Shown in pieces: positions 45,790 through 56,357 of a DNA stretch of 64,000 bases (position 1 is its first letter; every line of letters starts with the position of its first letter). The notes beneath the pieces are model-generated. The model did not search any database and was not told where the DNA came from. It saw only the letters and a list, made by a program, of their open reading frames with translations. The stretch lies in the NCBI GenBank assembly GCA_035499815.1, contig DATJXZ010000022.1, positions 34,031 to 98,030 of the forward strand, in the 5' to 3' direction. Source of the stretch: Candidatus Solibacter sp. Its GTDB lineage: Bacteria > Acidobacteriota > Terriglobia > Acidiferrales > UBA7541. The translations under genes and the position numbers were made by a program.

Positions 45790-47109
45790 TTATTTCGAAA
45801 TCTCATTTTTGAAAACAGATCCGTCGTGCATCACGAAATGCACATGCTCAAGTTCGTTGATATCCTTCAGCGGATCTCCGGATACCGCGACGATGTCTGC
45901 AAACGCGCCCGGCGCTACGACGCCGATCTCGCCCTTCATGTCCAATAATTCACTCGCGCGAACCGTGGCTGCCTGAATCGCATCCATAGGACTCATCCCG
46001 AACGAAACCATCCTTCCGAACTCCTGTCCAATCGGCTCGGTCCAGGGAATTCCGCCCATGTCCGTACCAAACACGATTTTCAGGTGCGCCTTCATCGCCT
46101 TGCGAAACGAAATCTCGTGTACAGCCGCGCGCGCCCGGTCTCGCTTTCCGTCTGGAGTATCCGCTGGAGCCCAATCGTCGTAGTAAGGCGAAAGCGTCGG
46201 GCAATACCATGTCCCTTGCCGTTGCATTTGCGCGATCTGCGCGTCGGTAATCTCCAGTCCATGTTCGATAGAATCGCATCCGCCATCCAGCGCCCTCTGC
46301 AAGCCAATTCCGTTGTAAGCGTGGCACGCGACTTTCCTCCCCCATCCGTGGGTTTCGTCCACAACGGCTTTCAATTCTTCAAGAGTGAGCGTCGGCTGCG
46401 AAACCAGGTTCCCTTGCCTATCCACCCACGACCTGTGCGTCATGTAGACTTTGATCCAGTCCGCGCCATGGTCGAGTTGCTGCCGAGCGGCCTTCCGGGC
46501 TTCCACCGGCCCATCGATCAATTGCGCGCCCTTCGGCATTTCCAGTTCCGGCGCGTAGCCCTCCAGGTTGTAGCCTCCCGTCGACGAAATCGCGCGCGTT
46601 GCACAGAAGAGCCGCGGCCCAGGAATCGTCCCTTCCTCGATTGCCTGTTTGATTTCTACGTCGCCATATCCCGCTCCTTCCGTCTCCAAATCGCGTAGTG
46701 TCGTGAACCCCTGTTCCAGCGCGATACGCACCGCAAATGTCGCGCGCGCCGCCCGCAGCGCGATACCTGCTTTCAAGATATTCACGTCGTATCCACCCTT
46801 AGCAGGGTCCTCCCCCCAAAGGAAAATATGAGTGTGCGAGTCAATCAGCCCAGGTAAGACAGTTGCCGCAGAAAGATCAATCACTTTTGCACCCGGCGGA
46901 ATCTCCGCGGACCCGTCCGTCACCTTCGCAATGTGATTGCCCATTACAAAAATCAACTGATTCTTTCGCGGCGTGTCGCTCGCGCCGTCGATCAACGTTC
47001 CGGCTCGGATCACGGTCAAAGTTGTCGCCGCTGGCGCCGTAGCCTGCGCGCGCAAATTCCCCGAGCCAAACAGCAGCGCAACGGCTAGGCATAAAGTCAA
47101 TTTTTTCAT
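45790..47109 (-). CDS. Secreted amidohydrolase-family metallohydrolase
   Basis: Signal peptide MKKLTLCLAVALLFGSGNLRAQA. LPGLIDSHTHIF (HxH metal site), later CHAY, SIEHG and FGTDMG blocks. I prefer ATG 47109. Confidence 0.88.
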   Translation of the reverse strand: MKKLTLCLAVALLFGSGNLRAQATAPAATTLTVIRAGTLIDGASDTPRKNQLIFVMGNHIAKVTDGSAEIPPGAKVIDLSAATVLPGLIDSHTHIFLWGEDPAKGGYDVNILKAGIALRAARATFAVRIALEQGFTTLRDLETEGAGYGDVEIKQAIEEGTIPGPRLFCATRAISSTGGYNLEGYAPELEMPKGAQLIDGPVEARKAARQQLDHGADWIKVYMTHRSWVDRQGNLVSQPTLTLEELKAVVDETHGWGRKVACHAYNGIGLQRALDGGCDSIEHGLEITDAQIAQMQRQGTWYCPTLSPYYDDWAPADTPDGKRDRARAAVHEISFRKAMKAHLKIVFGTDMGGIPWTEPIGQEFGRMVSFGMSPMDAIQAATVRASELLDMKGEIGVVAPGAFADIVAVSGDPLKDINELEHVHFVMHDGSVFKNEISK

Positions 47110-47220
47110 GTTTGTCCCTCGCAAGTGCAGCGTAGCTTGCTCCAGAAGCACGCGCGATTGCAAGCGTGACTGCATTCCCTCTCCGACTGTGTTAAACCTA
47201 TCTGGAAGCGACGGAACGCA

Positions 47221-49647
47221 ATGGCCACGCCGACTAAAAATGCGAGTCTGAAGTCTTCAGGACCTGATAGAGAAGGAAGCGGTGGAAGCTCTCGCGGAGT
47301 AGTACAACCTCTCTACGCGCAGACGCCCATCGAAACGGATGGCATCACTATCGGCTCGCCATCGAAAATTGCCGGCGGCATCAAGTCCGTCATGAAAGCG
47401 CTCGAATTCACTATCGGCGGGCCAGGAGTCCGCCGTGGCCTACCAGTCCTTCATCGCTTAAACCAGTTCGGTGGAGTCGATTGTCCGGGATGTGCGTGGC
47501 CTGATCCCGATGAGCATCGGACCGCGAACGAATACTGCGAGAACGGCGCGAAGGCTATCGCCGAGGAAGCCACTTCGCGGAGAATCACTCAGGACCTTTT
47601 CGAGCGGTGGAGCGTTTCGCAACTCTCGACGCAATCCGACTACTGGCTCGGCCATCAGGGGCGCCTTACGCACCCGATGGTTCGGCGAGCTAACAGCGAC
47701 AACTATGCGCCTATCGCCTGGCGCGAGGCCTTTGAGTTGATCGCCCAGGAATTGAACGCCCTTGCTAAACCAGACCAGGCCATCTTCTACACTTCGGGCC
47801 GCACCAGCAACGAGGCTGCCTTCCTTTACCAACTGTTCGCCCGCGAATTCGGCACCAACAATTTGCCCGACTGTTCGAATCTTTGTCACGAATCCTCTGG
47901 AGTCGCTCTGAAAGCTGCAATTGGCGTCGCAAAGGGAACCGTCACCCTCCGCGATTTTGAGCTCGCCGATACGATCTTCATCATCGGTCAGAATCCCGGC
48001 ACGAATCATCCGCGCATGTTGACTACGCTCGAAAAAGCGGCTCGCCGCGGTGCCACTATCATCAGTGTCAACCCACTTTCGGAAGTCGGTGTCACTCGTT
48101 TCAAGCACCCGCAGGATGTCTTTCACGTTCTGGGCCGTGGCACAAAAATCGCCAGCCATTTCGTAAGGGTTCGCCTGAGCGGCGACCTGGCCTTTTTCAA
48201 AGGCATTTGCAAAGCTCTGTTTGAACAAGAATCCCGTCAACCTGGCTCCGTCCTTAATCAATCCTTTATTGCGGAGAAGACGCACGACTTCGAACCCTTC
48301 AGTTCTTCGGTCGGAGCCGCTTCCTGGGATGAGCTGTCGGAACAGAGCGGCGTCGCCCAAAATCAGATCCGCAAAATCGCACAAATCGTCGCGCGATCCA
48401 AAGCGATTATTTCCTGCTGGGCAATGGGCCTCACTCAGCAAAAAGATGCAGTTGCCACAATCCAGGAAGTTGTAAACATGCACCTCCTCGGCGGCCATCT
48501 TGGCAGGCCCGGCGCTGGCCTTTGCCCCGTGCGCGGCCACTCCAACGTCCAGGGCGACCGCACCATGGGCATTTTCGAAAAAATGCCCGACAGCTTTCAG
48601 GACAGTCTGCGCGATACGTTTGGCTTCGAGCCCCCTCGCAGACACGGGTGGGACGTCGTCGAATCGATAAGAGCGATGCACCACGGCGATGCCAAAGTGT
48701 TTTTCGCCATGGGCGGCAATTTTTTGTCTGCCGCGCCTGACACTGAGTTCACCGCGCAAGCGTTATCCAAATGCGATTTAACCGTTCACGTCGCCACCAA
48801 GCTCAATCGAGCGCATCTCGTGACTGGCAAACAAGCTCTTCTTCTCCCTTGTCTCGCTCGCACGGACCGCGACAAGCAAGCCTCCGGCCAGCAGTTTGTG
48901 ACCGTCGAAAATTCCATGGGCATCATCCACACTTCCCAAGGAAATCTCGACCCTCCTTCCGAGCACCTCCTAAGCGAACCAATGATCGTCGCGAAGCTTG
49001 CCACTGTCACACTCGGCTCCCGCACCAAAACGGAATGGCTGCGGCTGGCTGGCGATTACGATCTCATTCGCGATGCCATCGCCAAGGTCGTTCCCGGGTG
49101 CGACGATATGAATCGCCGGGTCCGCAAAAAGGCTGGCTTTTATCTTCCCAATCCCGCCCGCGATGGTTGTTTCGAAACGAATACCGCCAAAGCCAATTTC
49201 ACCGTCTCTTCCCTTGAGCCCATTCGCCTCGCTCCCGGCCAATTCTTGCTGACCACTCTCCGCAGTCACGACCAATTCAACACAACGATCTACGGACTCG
49301 ACGATCGCTACCGCGGAATCTACAACGGCCGCCGCGTTGTCTTCATCAATCCAGCGGACATGGCAGATTACGGCTGGAAGCAGGGCGACCGGCTCGACAT
49401 CACCAGCCATTTTCCGGGCCCTGGCGGCGAGGAGCGCCGCATCGCGCCTCGCTTCCTGCTTGTTCCGTTCGACATCCCCAGGCGCTGCGTCGCGGCCTAC
49501 TTCCCGGAAGCTAATGTCCTTGTGCCCATCGGCAGCGTCGCAAAAGCCAGCAACACTCCCACCTCGAAGTCGGTTATTGTCACCCTTGCGCCATCGCACT
49601 CGCACGACGGCCCGAGCGCATCCGCCGCCCTTCCTCCACTCGCCTGA
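47221..49647 (+). CDS. FdhF/YdeP-family molybdopterin oxidoreductase
   Basis: 808 aa. GGVDCPGCAWPDPDEHRTANEYCENGAKA and PDCSNLCHESSG are typical of the YdeP-type subgroup. A C-terminal molybdopterin dinucleotide-binding-like region is present. Confidence 0.88.
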   Translation: MATPTKNASLKSSGPDREGSGGSSRGVVQPLYAQTPIETDGITIGSPSKIAGGIKSVMKALEFTIGGPGVRRGLPVLHRLNQFGGVDCPGCAWPDPDEHRTANEYCENGAKAIAEEATSRRITQDLFERWSVSQLSTQSDYWLGHQGRLTHPMVRRANSDNYAPIAWREAFELIAQELNALAKPDQAIFYTSGRTSNEAAFLYQLFAREFGTNNLPDCSNLCHESSGVALKAAIGVAKGTVTLRDFELADTIFIIGQNPGTNHPRMLTTLEKAARRGATIISVNPLSEVGVTRFKHPQDVFHVLGRGTKIASHFVRVRLSGDLAFFKGICKALFEQESRQPGSVLNQSFIAEKTHDFEPFSSSVGAASWDELSEQSGVAQNQIRKIAQIVARSKAIISCWAMGLTQQKDAVATIQEVVNMHLLGGHLGRPGAGLCPVRGHSNVQGDRTMGIFEKMPDSFQDSLRDTFGFEPPRRHGWDVVESIRAMHHGDAKVFFAMGGNFLSAAPDTEFTAQALSKCDLTVHVATKLNRAHLVTGKQALLLPCLARTDRDKQASGQQFVTVENSMGIIHTSQGNLDPPSEHLLSEPMIVAKLATVTLGSRTKTEWLRLAGDYDLIRDAIAKVVPGCDDMNRRVRKKAGFYLPNPARDGCFETNTAKANFTVSSLEPIRLAPGQFLLTTLRSHDQFNTTIYGLDDRYRGIYNGRRVVFINPADMADYGWKQGDRLDITSHFPGPGGEERRIAPRFLLVPFDIPRRCVAAYFPEANVLVPIGSVAKASNTPTSKSVIVTLAPSHSHDGPSASAALPPLA

Positions 49648-49694
49648 CTTCGTGCAAGGGTTATTCTTTATGAACAGTACTGCCGTTCGTTCTA

Positions 49695-50612
49695 TTGCCA
49701 CAAAGCAGTTCAATGCTGTGTGATAGGAATGTGAGATTGAAATTCCCTCGCCTTTCTCTTGCGCCCACGCTCTGGAAGGCGTGGCTCGTTTTCCTGCTGG
49801 TTCTTTCCGCGCCTGCGATCTCCACCGCGCAGAATCTCGGCCGTGTCGAGTGCCCCCGCCCGGGCGATTACGTTTATCTTTATAGCTCGATGACCACTTT
49901 CGACGTCCGCTCCACCCTGCAGTGCGGCGAAGAAGTCGTCATCACCGGCCGGTATGACACTTATTTTTGTGTCCGCACCGCAAAAGGGGAAACTGGATAC
50001 GTGCCCCTGTCCGCGCTCTCGCTGATCAAAACCACTCCAGGCGAAAAACTTACTCTGCCGCCCACCAAGGCTCCCGACCGCGAGAAAACTCCCTACGACG
50101 AACCTTTCAAACCTTCCGACGCTCCGTCGAATGCTTCCGCTTCGGCCGCATTTTTTACTTTGCTCGATAGCACCCCCGTCTCCATGAAGTTGGAGAAGAC
50201 TCTATCCTCGACAAATGCTCAAGTGGGAGATGTCGTCAAATTTGAAGTATCCGAAGATGTAGTCGTTGATGGCTTGCTCGTAATATCCAAGGGCGCAACC
50301 GCTCTTGGCGTCATCAACGAGGCCGAACCAAAAAGGGCACTTGGTCGTGGGGGAAAGCTTGGCGTGCTTATCAGGAGCGTCCGGCTTGCGGACAACGAAG
50401 AGGCTGTTTTGCGCTCCGGAGATTTGGGCAAAGGATCGAACTCGACGGCGGGAATGGTCATTCCCGTGATGCACGGAAAAGACATCACCTTTCCGCAAGG
50501 CATGGACTTCATTGGCTACGTCAATGGCAACACGCGTCTGAAACGCGAAAATTTCCATTCCGCAAAAGAATCGGCCAGCGCCGCAAAGGCTTCGAGTTTC
50601 CCGCATCAATAA
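49695..50612 (+). CDS. Secreted hypothetical protein with an SH3b-like N-terminal domain
   Basis: Signal-like WKAWLVFLLVLSAPAISTAQ. SH3-like: GDYVYLYSSMTTFDVRSTLQCGEEVVITGRYDTYFCVRTAKGETGYVPLSAL. The start is uncertain (49695, 49713 or 49731). Confidence 0.6.
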   Translation: MPQSSSMLCDRNVRLKFPRLSLAPTLWKAWLVFLLVLSAPAISTAQNLGRVECPRPGDYVYLYSSMTTFDVRSTLQCGEEVVITGRYDTYFCVRTAKGETGYVPLSALSLIKTTPGEKLTLPPTKAPDREKTPYDEPFKPSDAPSNASASAAFFTLLDSTPVSMKLEKTLSSTNAQVGDVVKFEVSEDVVVDGLLVISKGATALGVINEAEPKRALGRGGKLGVLIRSVRLADNEEAVLRSGDLGKGSNSTAGMVIPVMHGKDITFPQGMDFIGYVNGNTRLKRENFHSAKESASAAKASSFPHQ

Positions 50613-50642
50613 CAGGCTCTTCCCCGCACTCGCAATGCACGC

Positions 50643-51470
50643 TCAGCTGCCGAGAAGATTAGGCTGCAGCCGGCTATACCCATGCTCGTGCGCCCATAGC
50701 GTCAACGGAATTGCCGCCAAATCATCGACGATCGGCACCGCGTGTCCATCCTTCGTCGTGTCGATCGTCCGAAGGAAAAACTTGCAAGTCTCGCAAGCCT
50801 CAACGCGAATATGCGGAAATTGCTCCGCCACGTAAACGGGGAGCTTTTTCTCTTCGACTTCGCCGCACGCGGCACACAGGATGCGTTGAAAAGCCCATTC
50901 GCATCCGCAAAAAGAACAAACCAGGTACCGCTTTCCTCCATCGCCTTCGAGGCGCAGCACGCCAAGTAGGGGCTGCCCGCCGCACAGCGGGCAAATTTGC
51001 GGAGTCGCCACGACGGGTGGCACGGCTGTCCGGCTCCGGACATACTCCGCGTAGGGCTGCAAAATTGCGCGCGAGAAAAATCGTTCGAAAGCGCCGACTT
51101 GCTGGTTGGCTAAGCCCCCATTTTTCCAACATTCCACAAGCAGAGCGGCCCATGACTCCGACGTCATCCCATCCATCTCACGCGCCGCTTCTGCGAGTGC
51201 TTTCGGCCCATACTGTTCGACGACAGCGAGAAGATCCCGAAAGTGAGGAAGCACAAGCGCGAGTTCGAGCTTGTCGCGTACGGATGCAAACTGCCGCATC
51301 CCAGGCTCCGGAGCCCTGCCGGCCATTTTCTCTATGAGGCTTTTTTGGAACTGCGCAATGCGGCGGTAAAAGATGAGAAGTTCGGCAGCGGGTCCGTTCT
51401 CCGCGATAATTTTCTCGGCGCGCCTGATTCTCGCGTCGTACTCCATGCCTTCAAATTGTGGAAGCTTCAT
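50643..51470 (-). CDS. fdhE: Formate dehydrogenase accessory protein FdhE
   Basis: Four CxxC pairs with FdhE spacing: CPLCGG...CSFCGCEW...CAACGE...CETCKFFLRTID. Confidence 0.9.
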   Translation of the reverse strand: MKLPQFEGMEYDARIRRAEKIIAENGPAAELLIFYRRIAQFQKSLIEKMAGRAPEPGMRQFASVRDKLELALVLPHFRDLLAVVEQYGPKALAEAAREMDGMTSESWAALLVECWKNGGLANQQVGAFERFFSRAILQPYAEYVRSRTAVPPVVATPQICPLCGGQPLLGVLRLEGDGGKRYLVCSFCGCEWAFQRILCAACGEVEEKKLPVYVAEQFPHIRVEACETCKFFLRTIDTTKDGHAVPIVDDLAAIPLTLWAHEHGYSRLQPNLLGS

Positions 51471-52129
51471 TTTTTAGGCGAGGTTGCTTGCCCGGTGATC
51501 TCTTCGTACCACCCTGGATGGTAGCGCTTTGCAAAAGCGGCGGAGACGTCGCCGCGGATGACGGAGCCAAAGGCGCCGCGTTCGGCGAACAGGCCCATGT
51601 ATAGATGAATCAAAAAGAGGCCGATAGTGAGCAGCGCGGCGGCCGGATGGATAAGCACCGCCAGATAACGCAGGGAACGAAAGTTCCAGGGAACGTACGT
51701 TGGAAACCAGAGCACCACTCCGCTCAGCAGCAAAAAACCCGCGCTCCAGAAAAATCCCCAGAAAAGAAATTTCTGACCGGCATTGTAGCGCCCTGCCGGC
51801 GGCATTTTGTCGTCCTGATTCGTGCTGTAGTAGCGAATGTTCTTCCACCACTCTCTGTCCACGGCGGAGCTGCGCATCTGTGACGCCCACAGCTGGAACA
51901 TGCGAAGGACGGAGGCTGCAAAAATCAGCCCGATCCAGGGATGCAGCATGCGCGAGACTTGCCCGCCCCCCAACCCTAAGGCAATCCAGAAGCACCACGG
52001 CGACCAGAACGCCAGTCCTGTCAGCAGCAGGTAGACATAGGAGAATCCCGCGAACCAGTGCGTCAGCCGCTCCGTAAACGTGTATCTCAGAATATGGCCG
52101 TGAGGAACGATCTGCTCCTGATGGCTCAC
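51467..52129 (-). CDS. fdnI: Formate dehydrogenase gamma subunit (cytochrome b556, FdnI/FdoI type)
   Basis: 220 aa with four TM segments. His ligand contexts are ERLTHWF and MLHPWIG...LIHPAAA. GTG start overlaps the fdnH stop. Confidence 0.88.
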   Translation of the reverse strand: MSHQEQIVPHGHILRYTFTERLTHWFAGFSYVYLLLTGLAFWSPWCFWIALGLGGGQVSRMLHPWIGLIFAASVLRMFQLWASQMRSSAVDREWWKNIRYYSTNQDDKMPPAGRYNAGQKFLFWGFFWSAGFLLLSGVVLWFPTYVPWNFRSLRYLAVLIHPAAALLTIGLFLIHLYMGLFAERGAFGSVIRGDVSAAFAKRYHPGWYEEITGQATSPKK

Positions 52130-53016
52130 GACGGACCTCCGGGTTGGATATCTTCGTCCTCACGAGCTTTGGGACCGAACCGCAGGTAGTGTACGAAGAG
52201 CCCGATCAACCCGCCAACCATCGCGACGTTGCCCAGCCACTTCAGCGGCCCTTTCCAGAGCTTCACCGACCACGGAACATGCGGATCGGCGGGCAGCCCG
52301 CCGTAAAGTTCGGGCTTCGTGGCGTCATGCAACACATACACGACCCCCGTGCCGCCGACTCCCGCTGGATCATAGATACCAGCGTTCGGGAAGTCGTAAT
52401 GTTCGCGAAGCTGTTTCGCGCGCTTATCCGCGAGGTCCTTCATGTCTTCCTTGCTGCCGAAATGCAGGCAGCCTGTTGGGCAGGCCTTAATACACGCGGG
52501 CTCGAGCCCCTCGCTCACGCGGTCCGAGCACAGCGTGCACTTAAACACGCGATTTGTTTTCGGATTCATCTTCGGAATGTCGAACGGGCACCCGGTGATG
52601 CAGTATCCGCAGCCAATGCAGTTCGCCTGCTGGAAATCTACGATGCCATTGGCATATTGAACGATGGCGCCGTCCGCCGGGCACGCCGCGAGACACCCAG
52701 GCTCTGCGCAGTGCATGCACTGATTCTTGCGCATCAGCCACATCAGCGACCCATCTTCCTTCTCGTGCTCGTTGAAGAGAATCAGGTTCCAGTAATTCCA
52801 GCGCGTCTCCGGCATCGTCTGATACGTGTTGTCGAAAGACGTTTCGCCGAACGGCAAGTCGTTCCATTCCATGCAGGCAACTTCGCAGGCCTTGCAGCCG
52901 ATGCACGTGGTGGTGTCGATGAGTTTGCAGACGGTGTATTCGCGCTGCGCGTCTTGGCCGGGAACGCTCCCGGCATGTCCGGAAATCTTCTGCACGCGTA
53001 AGGTGGCTTGGCTCAT
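52126..53016 (-). CDS. fdnH: Formate dehydrogenase beta subunit (4x[4Fe-4S], FdnH/FdoH type)
   Basis: CIGCKACEVAC, CMHCAEPGCLAACP, CIGCGYCITGCP, CTLCSDR...CIKACP. The C-terminal TM is LGNVAMVGGLIGLFVHYL. Confidence 0.95.
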   Translation of the reverse strand: MSQATLRVQKISGHAGSVPGQDAQREYTVCKLIDTTTCIGCKACEVACMEWNDLPFGETSFDNTYQTMPETRWNYWNLILFNEHEKEDGSLMWLMRKNQCMHCAEPGCLAACPADGAIVQYANGIVDFQQANCIGCGYCITGCPFDIPKMNPKTNRVFKCTLCSDRVSEGLEPACIKACPTGCLHFGSKEDMKDLADKRAKQLREHYDFPNAGIYDPAGVGGTGVVYVLHDATKPELYGGLPADPHVPWSVKLWKGPLKWLGNVAMVGGLIGLFVHYLRFGPKAREDEDIQPGGPS

Positions 53017-53025
53017 ACGCGTCTC

Positions 53026-56000
53026 CTACACCTTCTCCACTTTCACGAGAAAGCCCTTGAACTCTGGCGTATGCGCGTTGGGATCGACAATCGTCGGAGA
53101 CAGCGCATTCGCCAGCATCTTCGAAGTGCGCCCTTTGTCCGACGGAATGCCCCGGTATCCCCAGTGAAATGGAATCCCGATCTGGTAAGTTTTCTTGCCG
53201 TCGATCGTCATCGCCTTGATTCGCTTCGTGACCATCGCTTTGGCGATGTATTCGCCTCGTGCGCTCGATACCTTCACTTTTTCGCCGCCACGAATTCCCA
53301 TTTCGTCCGCCATCTCCGCGCCCATCTCGATGAAAGGCTCTGGCACAAGCTGCACGTTCATCGGATTGTTTTTCGTCCAGTAGTGGTAATGCTCGGTCAA
53401 GCGGAACGTCGTGCAAATCACGTTGTAACCATCTTTGGCCGTGCCCAGCTTGTCGTCTGGGGTCTTTAGCTGCGTCACGACCGGGTTATGTGTCTGCTCT
53501 GGATGCAGAGGATTCTGGAAGGGACTCTCGAACGGCTCGTAGAATTCCGAGAAGGGTCCATCGGCAAAAGACGCCAGCGGCCCAAAAATTCGCCCCACGC
53601 CTTCCGGATTCATGATGAAAGGTCCCATGCGATCCTTGGGTTTGGAATCAGGCTTGAAATCCGGCACATCGTTCCCGACCCACTTCTGCAAGTCCTCGTT
53701 CCACCAAATTTGCTTCCGAGTCGCGTCCCACGGCTTTCCTTCCAAATCGCACGAAGCACGGTTGTACAGCACGCGGCGATTTGCTGGCCACGACCACGCC
53801 CACGCGGGATGGACTCCCATATTCGAGGGATCCGAAGGATCGCGCCGCGCCGTCTGATTGCCCGCTTCGGTAAATGCCCCGGAATAGAGCCAGTTCCCGC
53901 ACGCCGTACTCCCATCGTCCTTCAACCAGCTAAATCCCGGAAGCTGCTGTCCCCTCTTGATTTGGGCTTTTGTAGCGGGGTCCTCTAAATCAGCCAGCGC
54001 CTTGCCGTTCACTTCCTTCAGGACTTCGGTCAGTGACGGATTCATCGGTTCCGTGTAGTTCCAACTGAGTTTTAGAATCGGATCAGGGAACTTGCCGCCT
54101 TCCTTCTTGTACAGTTCCCGAACCCTCAGAAAAATCTGCGCCACGATCGCTTGGTCCAGCCGCGCATCTCCCGGCGTAGGCACAGCTGTGTTTTTCCAGA
54201 CCAGCCACCGCGCAGAATTCGTGAACGAACCGTCTTTCTCCGCAAACCCAGCGCACGGCAAGCGGTACACCGTCGTTTGAATTTGTTTCATGTCGCCGTC
54301 CGCGATCACCTTTGGCGACTTCCAGAACTCGCTGGTTTCATCCGGATATATTTCCCCGACAATGAGCCATTCCGCCTTTTTCAGCGCATCGATGTTCTTA
54401 TTCGAATCGGGCCCAATCGCCACGCCGTTCATCCCAAAGGCCATCAGTCCTTTGACCGTGCCGTTGTACATGTCGTCCCAGATATGTACCCAAGAATAGT
54501 CGCGGTCCACTTTCGGCAGGTAGTCGTACGCCCACCCGTTCTGCTTTGTGGCCGCGTCCCCGTACCACATTTTCATGAGGCTCACTACGAATTTCGGCGT
54601 GTTTCCCCAGTAATTGAAGGATTCCCATTCAGTCGGCTTGGATGAGGTCGGCGTGATTCGCTTTATCCAGTTTTCAAAGGAGCCGTCCGCGGGCGTCGGC
54701 ACTTTCAAATATCCCGGAAGCGTGTCGTACAGACCGCACATATCCGTCGCGCCCTGAATGTTCGAATGTCCGCGAAGCGCGTTCACTCCTCCGCCCGCAC
54801 GTCCCACGTTTCCCAGCAGCAGTTGCAGCATTGCCGCCGTCCGAATAATTTGCGTCCCAAAACTATGCTGCGTCCAGCCAACCGCGTAAATAATCGTGCC
54901 AACTTTCTTCGTGTCGCCGTCTTTGCGAATCGAAGTGTAAAGATCCGCGGCTTTTAGAAATTGCTCCTTGGGAATACCCGTGATGCGCTCAACCATTTCC
55001 GGCGTATACCGGGAATAATGTTTCTTCAGCAGTTGGAATACGCAATTCGGATTCTGCAGCGTTGCATCGTGCGCGACTTTTTCCGGCAACGGCGGCAAGG
55101 CTGCGGGCGTCGCTCCTGCCCCGGCATGCTGTGCCGCTCCTCCCGCATAATTCCAGCTTGCGCGGTTATAGCTGTGTTTCTCCGCGTCAAAACCCGAAAA
55201 CACGCCATCCGCGTCCGCCGGCAGCTTGAAATCGCTGTCGATAATGAACGCCGCGTTCGTATAATTGGCGAGATATTCTTTGGGGTAACGGTTGTTTTCG
55301 ATCGCGTAGTTGATCATGCCGCCAAGAAACGCGATGTCCGATCCCGCGCGAATCTGGCAGAAAAGATCGGCAACCGAAGAAGTGCGCGTGAATCGCGGAT
55401 CAACCGAAATCAGCTTCGCATTCCGGTTCCGCTTTGCTTCCAGCGCCCATTTGAAGCCGCAAGGGTGGTTCTCCGCTGGATTCCCGCCCATGACGAGCAT
55501 CATGTCGGTGTTCTTGATATCGATCCAGCCGTTCGTCATTGCGCCGCGGCCAAACGTTGGTCCCAAACTTGAGACCGTGGGGCCGTGTCAAACCCTGGCC
55601 TGGTTTTCCAGGTGCGTGACCCCCAGGGCACGCATCGCTTTCACTGCCAGAAAATTAAACTCGTTCGTATCGGTGCACCCGCCGGTAAATGCGATCGATT
55701 CAAGCCGGTTGACCTTGATTCCCTTGGCGTCCATCTCAACGAAAGTATCGTCTCGCGTTTTCTTGATCCGCTGTGCGATTTCATTCAGCGCATCGTCCCA
55801 GGAGATGTCTTCCCAGTCCGTCCCTCCCGGTCGTCTTACTTGCGGCTTCAGTAGCCGGCGGTCATTTAGGATGTCTTGCGCCAGCGATGAGCCTTTCGGG
55901 CACAAGGTACCGCGGTTCGTGGGATGGTCGGGATCGCCTTCCACGTGCACGACTTGTGGCGTCACATTCTTCACCTTGTCCCCGATCGTATAAATGATCG

Positions 56001-56169
56001 TGCCGCAGCCCACCGCACAGTAAGGACATAACGAGCGGGTCTCGCTAGCTCGCGCTATCTTAAGCTGTGCCAGTTGCGCATAAGCCGGCTGAAGATCGAA
56101 GCCGAAAACGGCTGCCGCTGCTCCACCGATGGTCGTGAACTTGAGGAAGTCTCTTCGGGTGGCTTGCAT
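53026..56169 (-). CDS. fdnG: Formate dehydrogenase alpha subunit (FdnG/FdoG type), Tat-exported, with an in-frame TGA read as selenocysteine
   Basis: Track ORFs 55588..56244 and 53026..55566 are in the same frame and are separated only by TGA at 55588-55590. The joined sequence reads ...HLENQARV-U-HGPTVSSLGPTFGRGAMTNGW, which matches the Sec context of E. coli FdnG (ENQARVUHGPTV). Tat signal MQATRRDFLKF. Fe-S motif CPYCAVGCG. I prefer ATG 56169, which has AGGGGG upstream. Confidence 0.93.
55547..55590 (-). other. UGA(Sec) codon plus downstream SECIS-like hairpin in the fdnG mRNA
   Basis: The mRNA reads UGA-CA-CGGCC-CCAC-GGUCUC-AAGUUU-GGGACC-AACGUUU-GGCCG. The apical stem is 6 bp (with one G.U) and starts 12 nt after the UGA. 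A 5-bp outer helix encloses it. Confidence 0.6.
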
Positions 56170-56328
56170 CGTACCCCCTGGGAATAGAGACGAACGGACT
56201 GCGTGTGGCGATCCCTTCATAATGCCGATTCTACGGGATGTCAAGATTTTGACGAAAAATTAACATTGCGGGATGCATTAAATTTTTCCGTTTTTGGTGC
56301 GATTAACGCACGTGCAGACCTTAACAAG

Positions 56329-56357
56329 TTGACAAAGGTACCTAAATGTGATACTAT
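56329..56357 (+). promoter_or_regulatory. Sigma70-like promoter about 150 nt upstream of the MBL-fold gene
   Basis: TTGACA at 56329-56334 and TACTAT at 56352-56357, with a 17-nt spacer. It lies in the AT-richer fdnG/MBL divergent region. Confidence 0.5.

Noticed and set aside
47458-48759. 433-aa - strand ORF
   Set aside because: It is antisense to the YdeP-type oxidoreductase and has no recognisable motifs.
52144-53416. ORFs 52144..53001 (+) and 52541..53416 (-, alternative frame)
   Set aside because: They overlap fdnH, whose four ferredoxin-type Cys clusters identify the true frame.
55567-55590. The gap between the two fdnG ORFs as a frameshift or pseudogene
   Set aside because: Both parts are in the same frame and are separated only by TGA at the canonical Sec position. 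The 'missing' 7 codons arise only because the track restarts at the next start-like codon.
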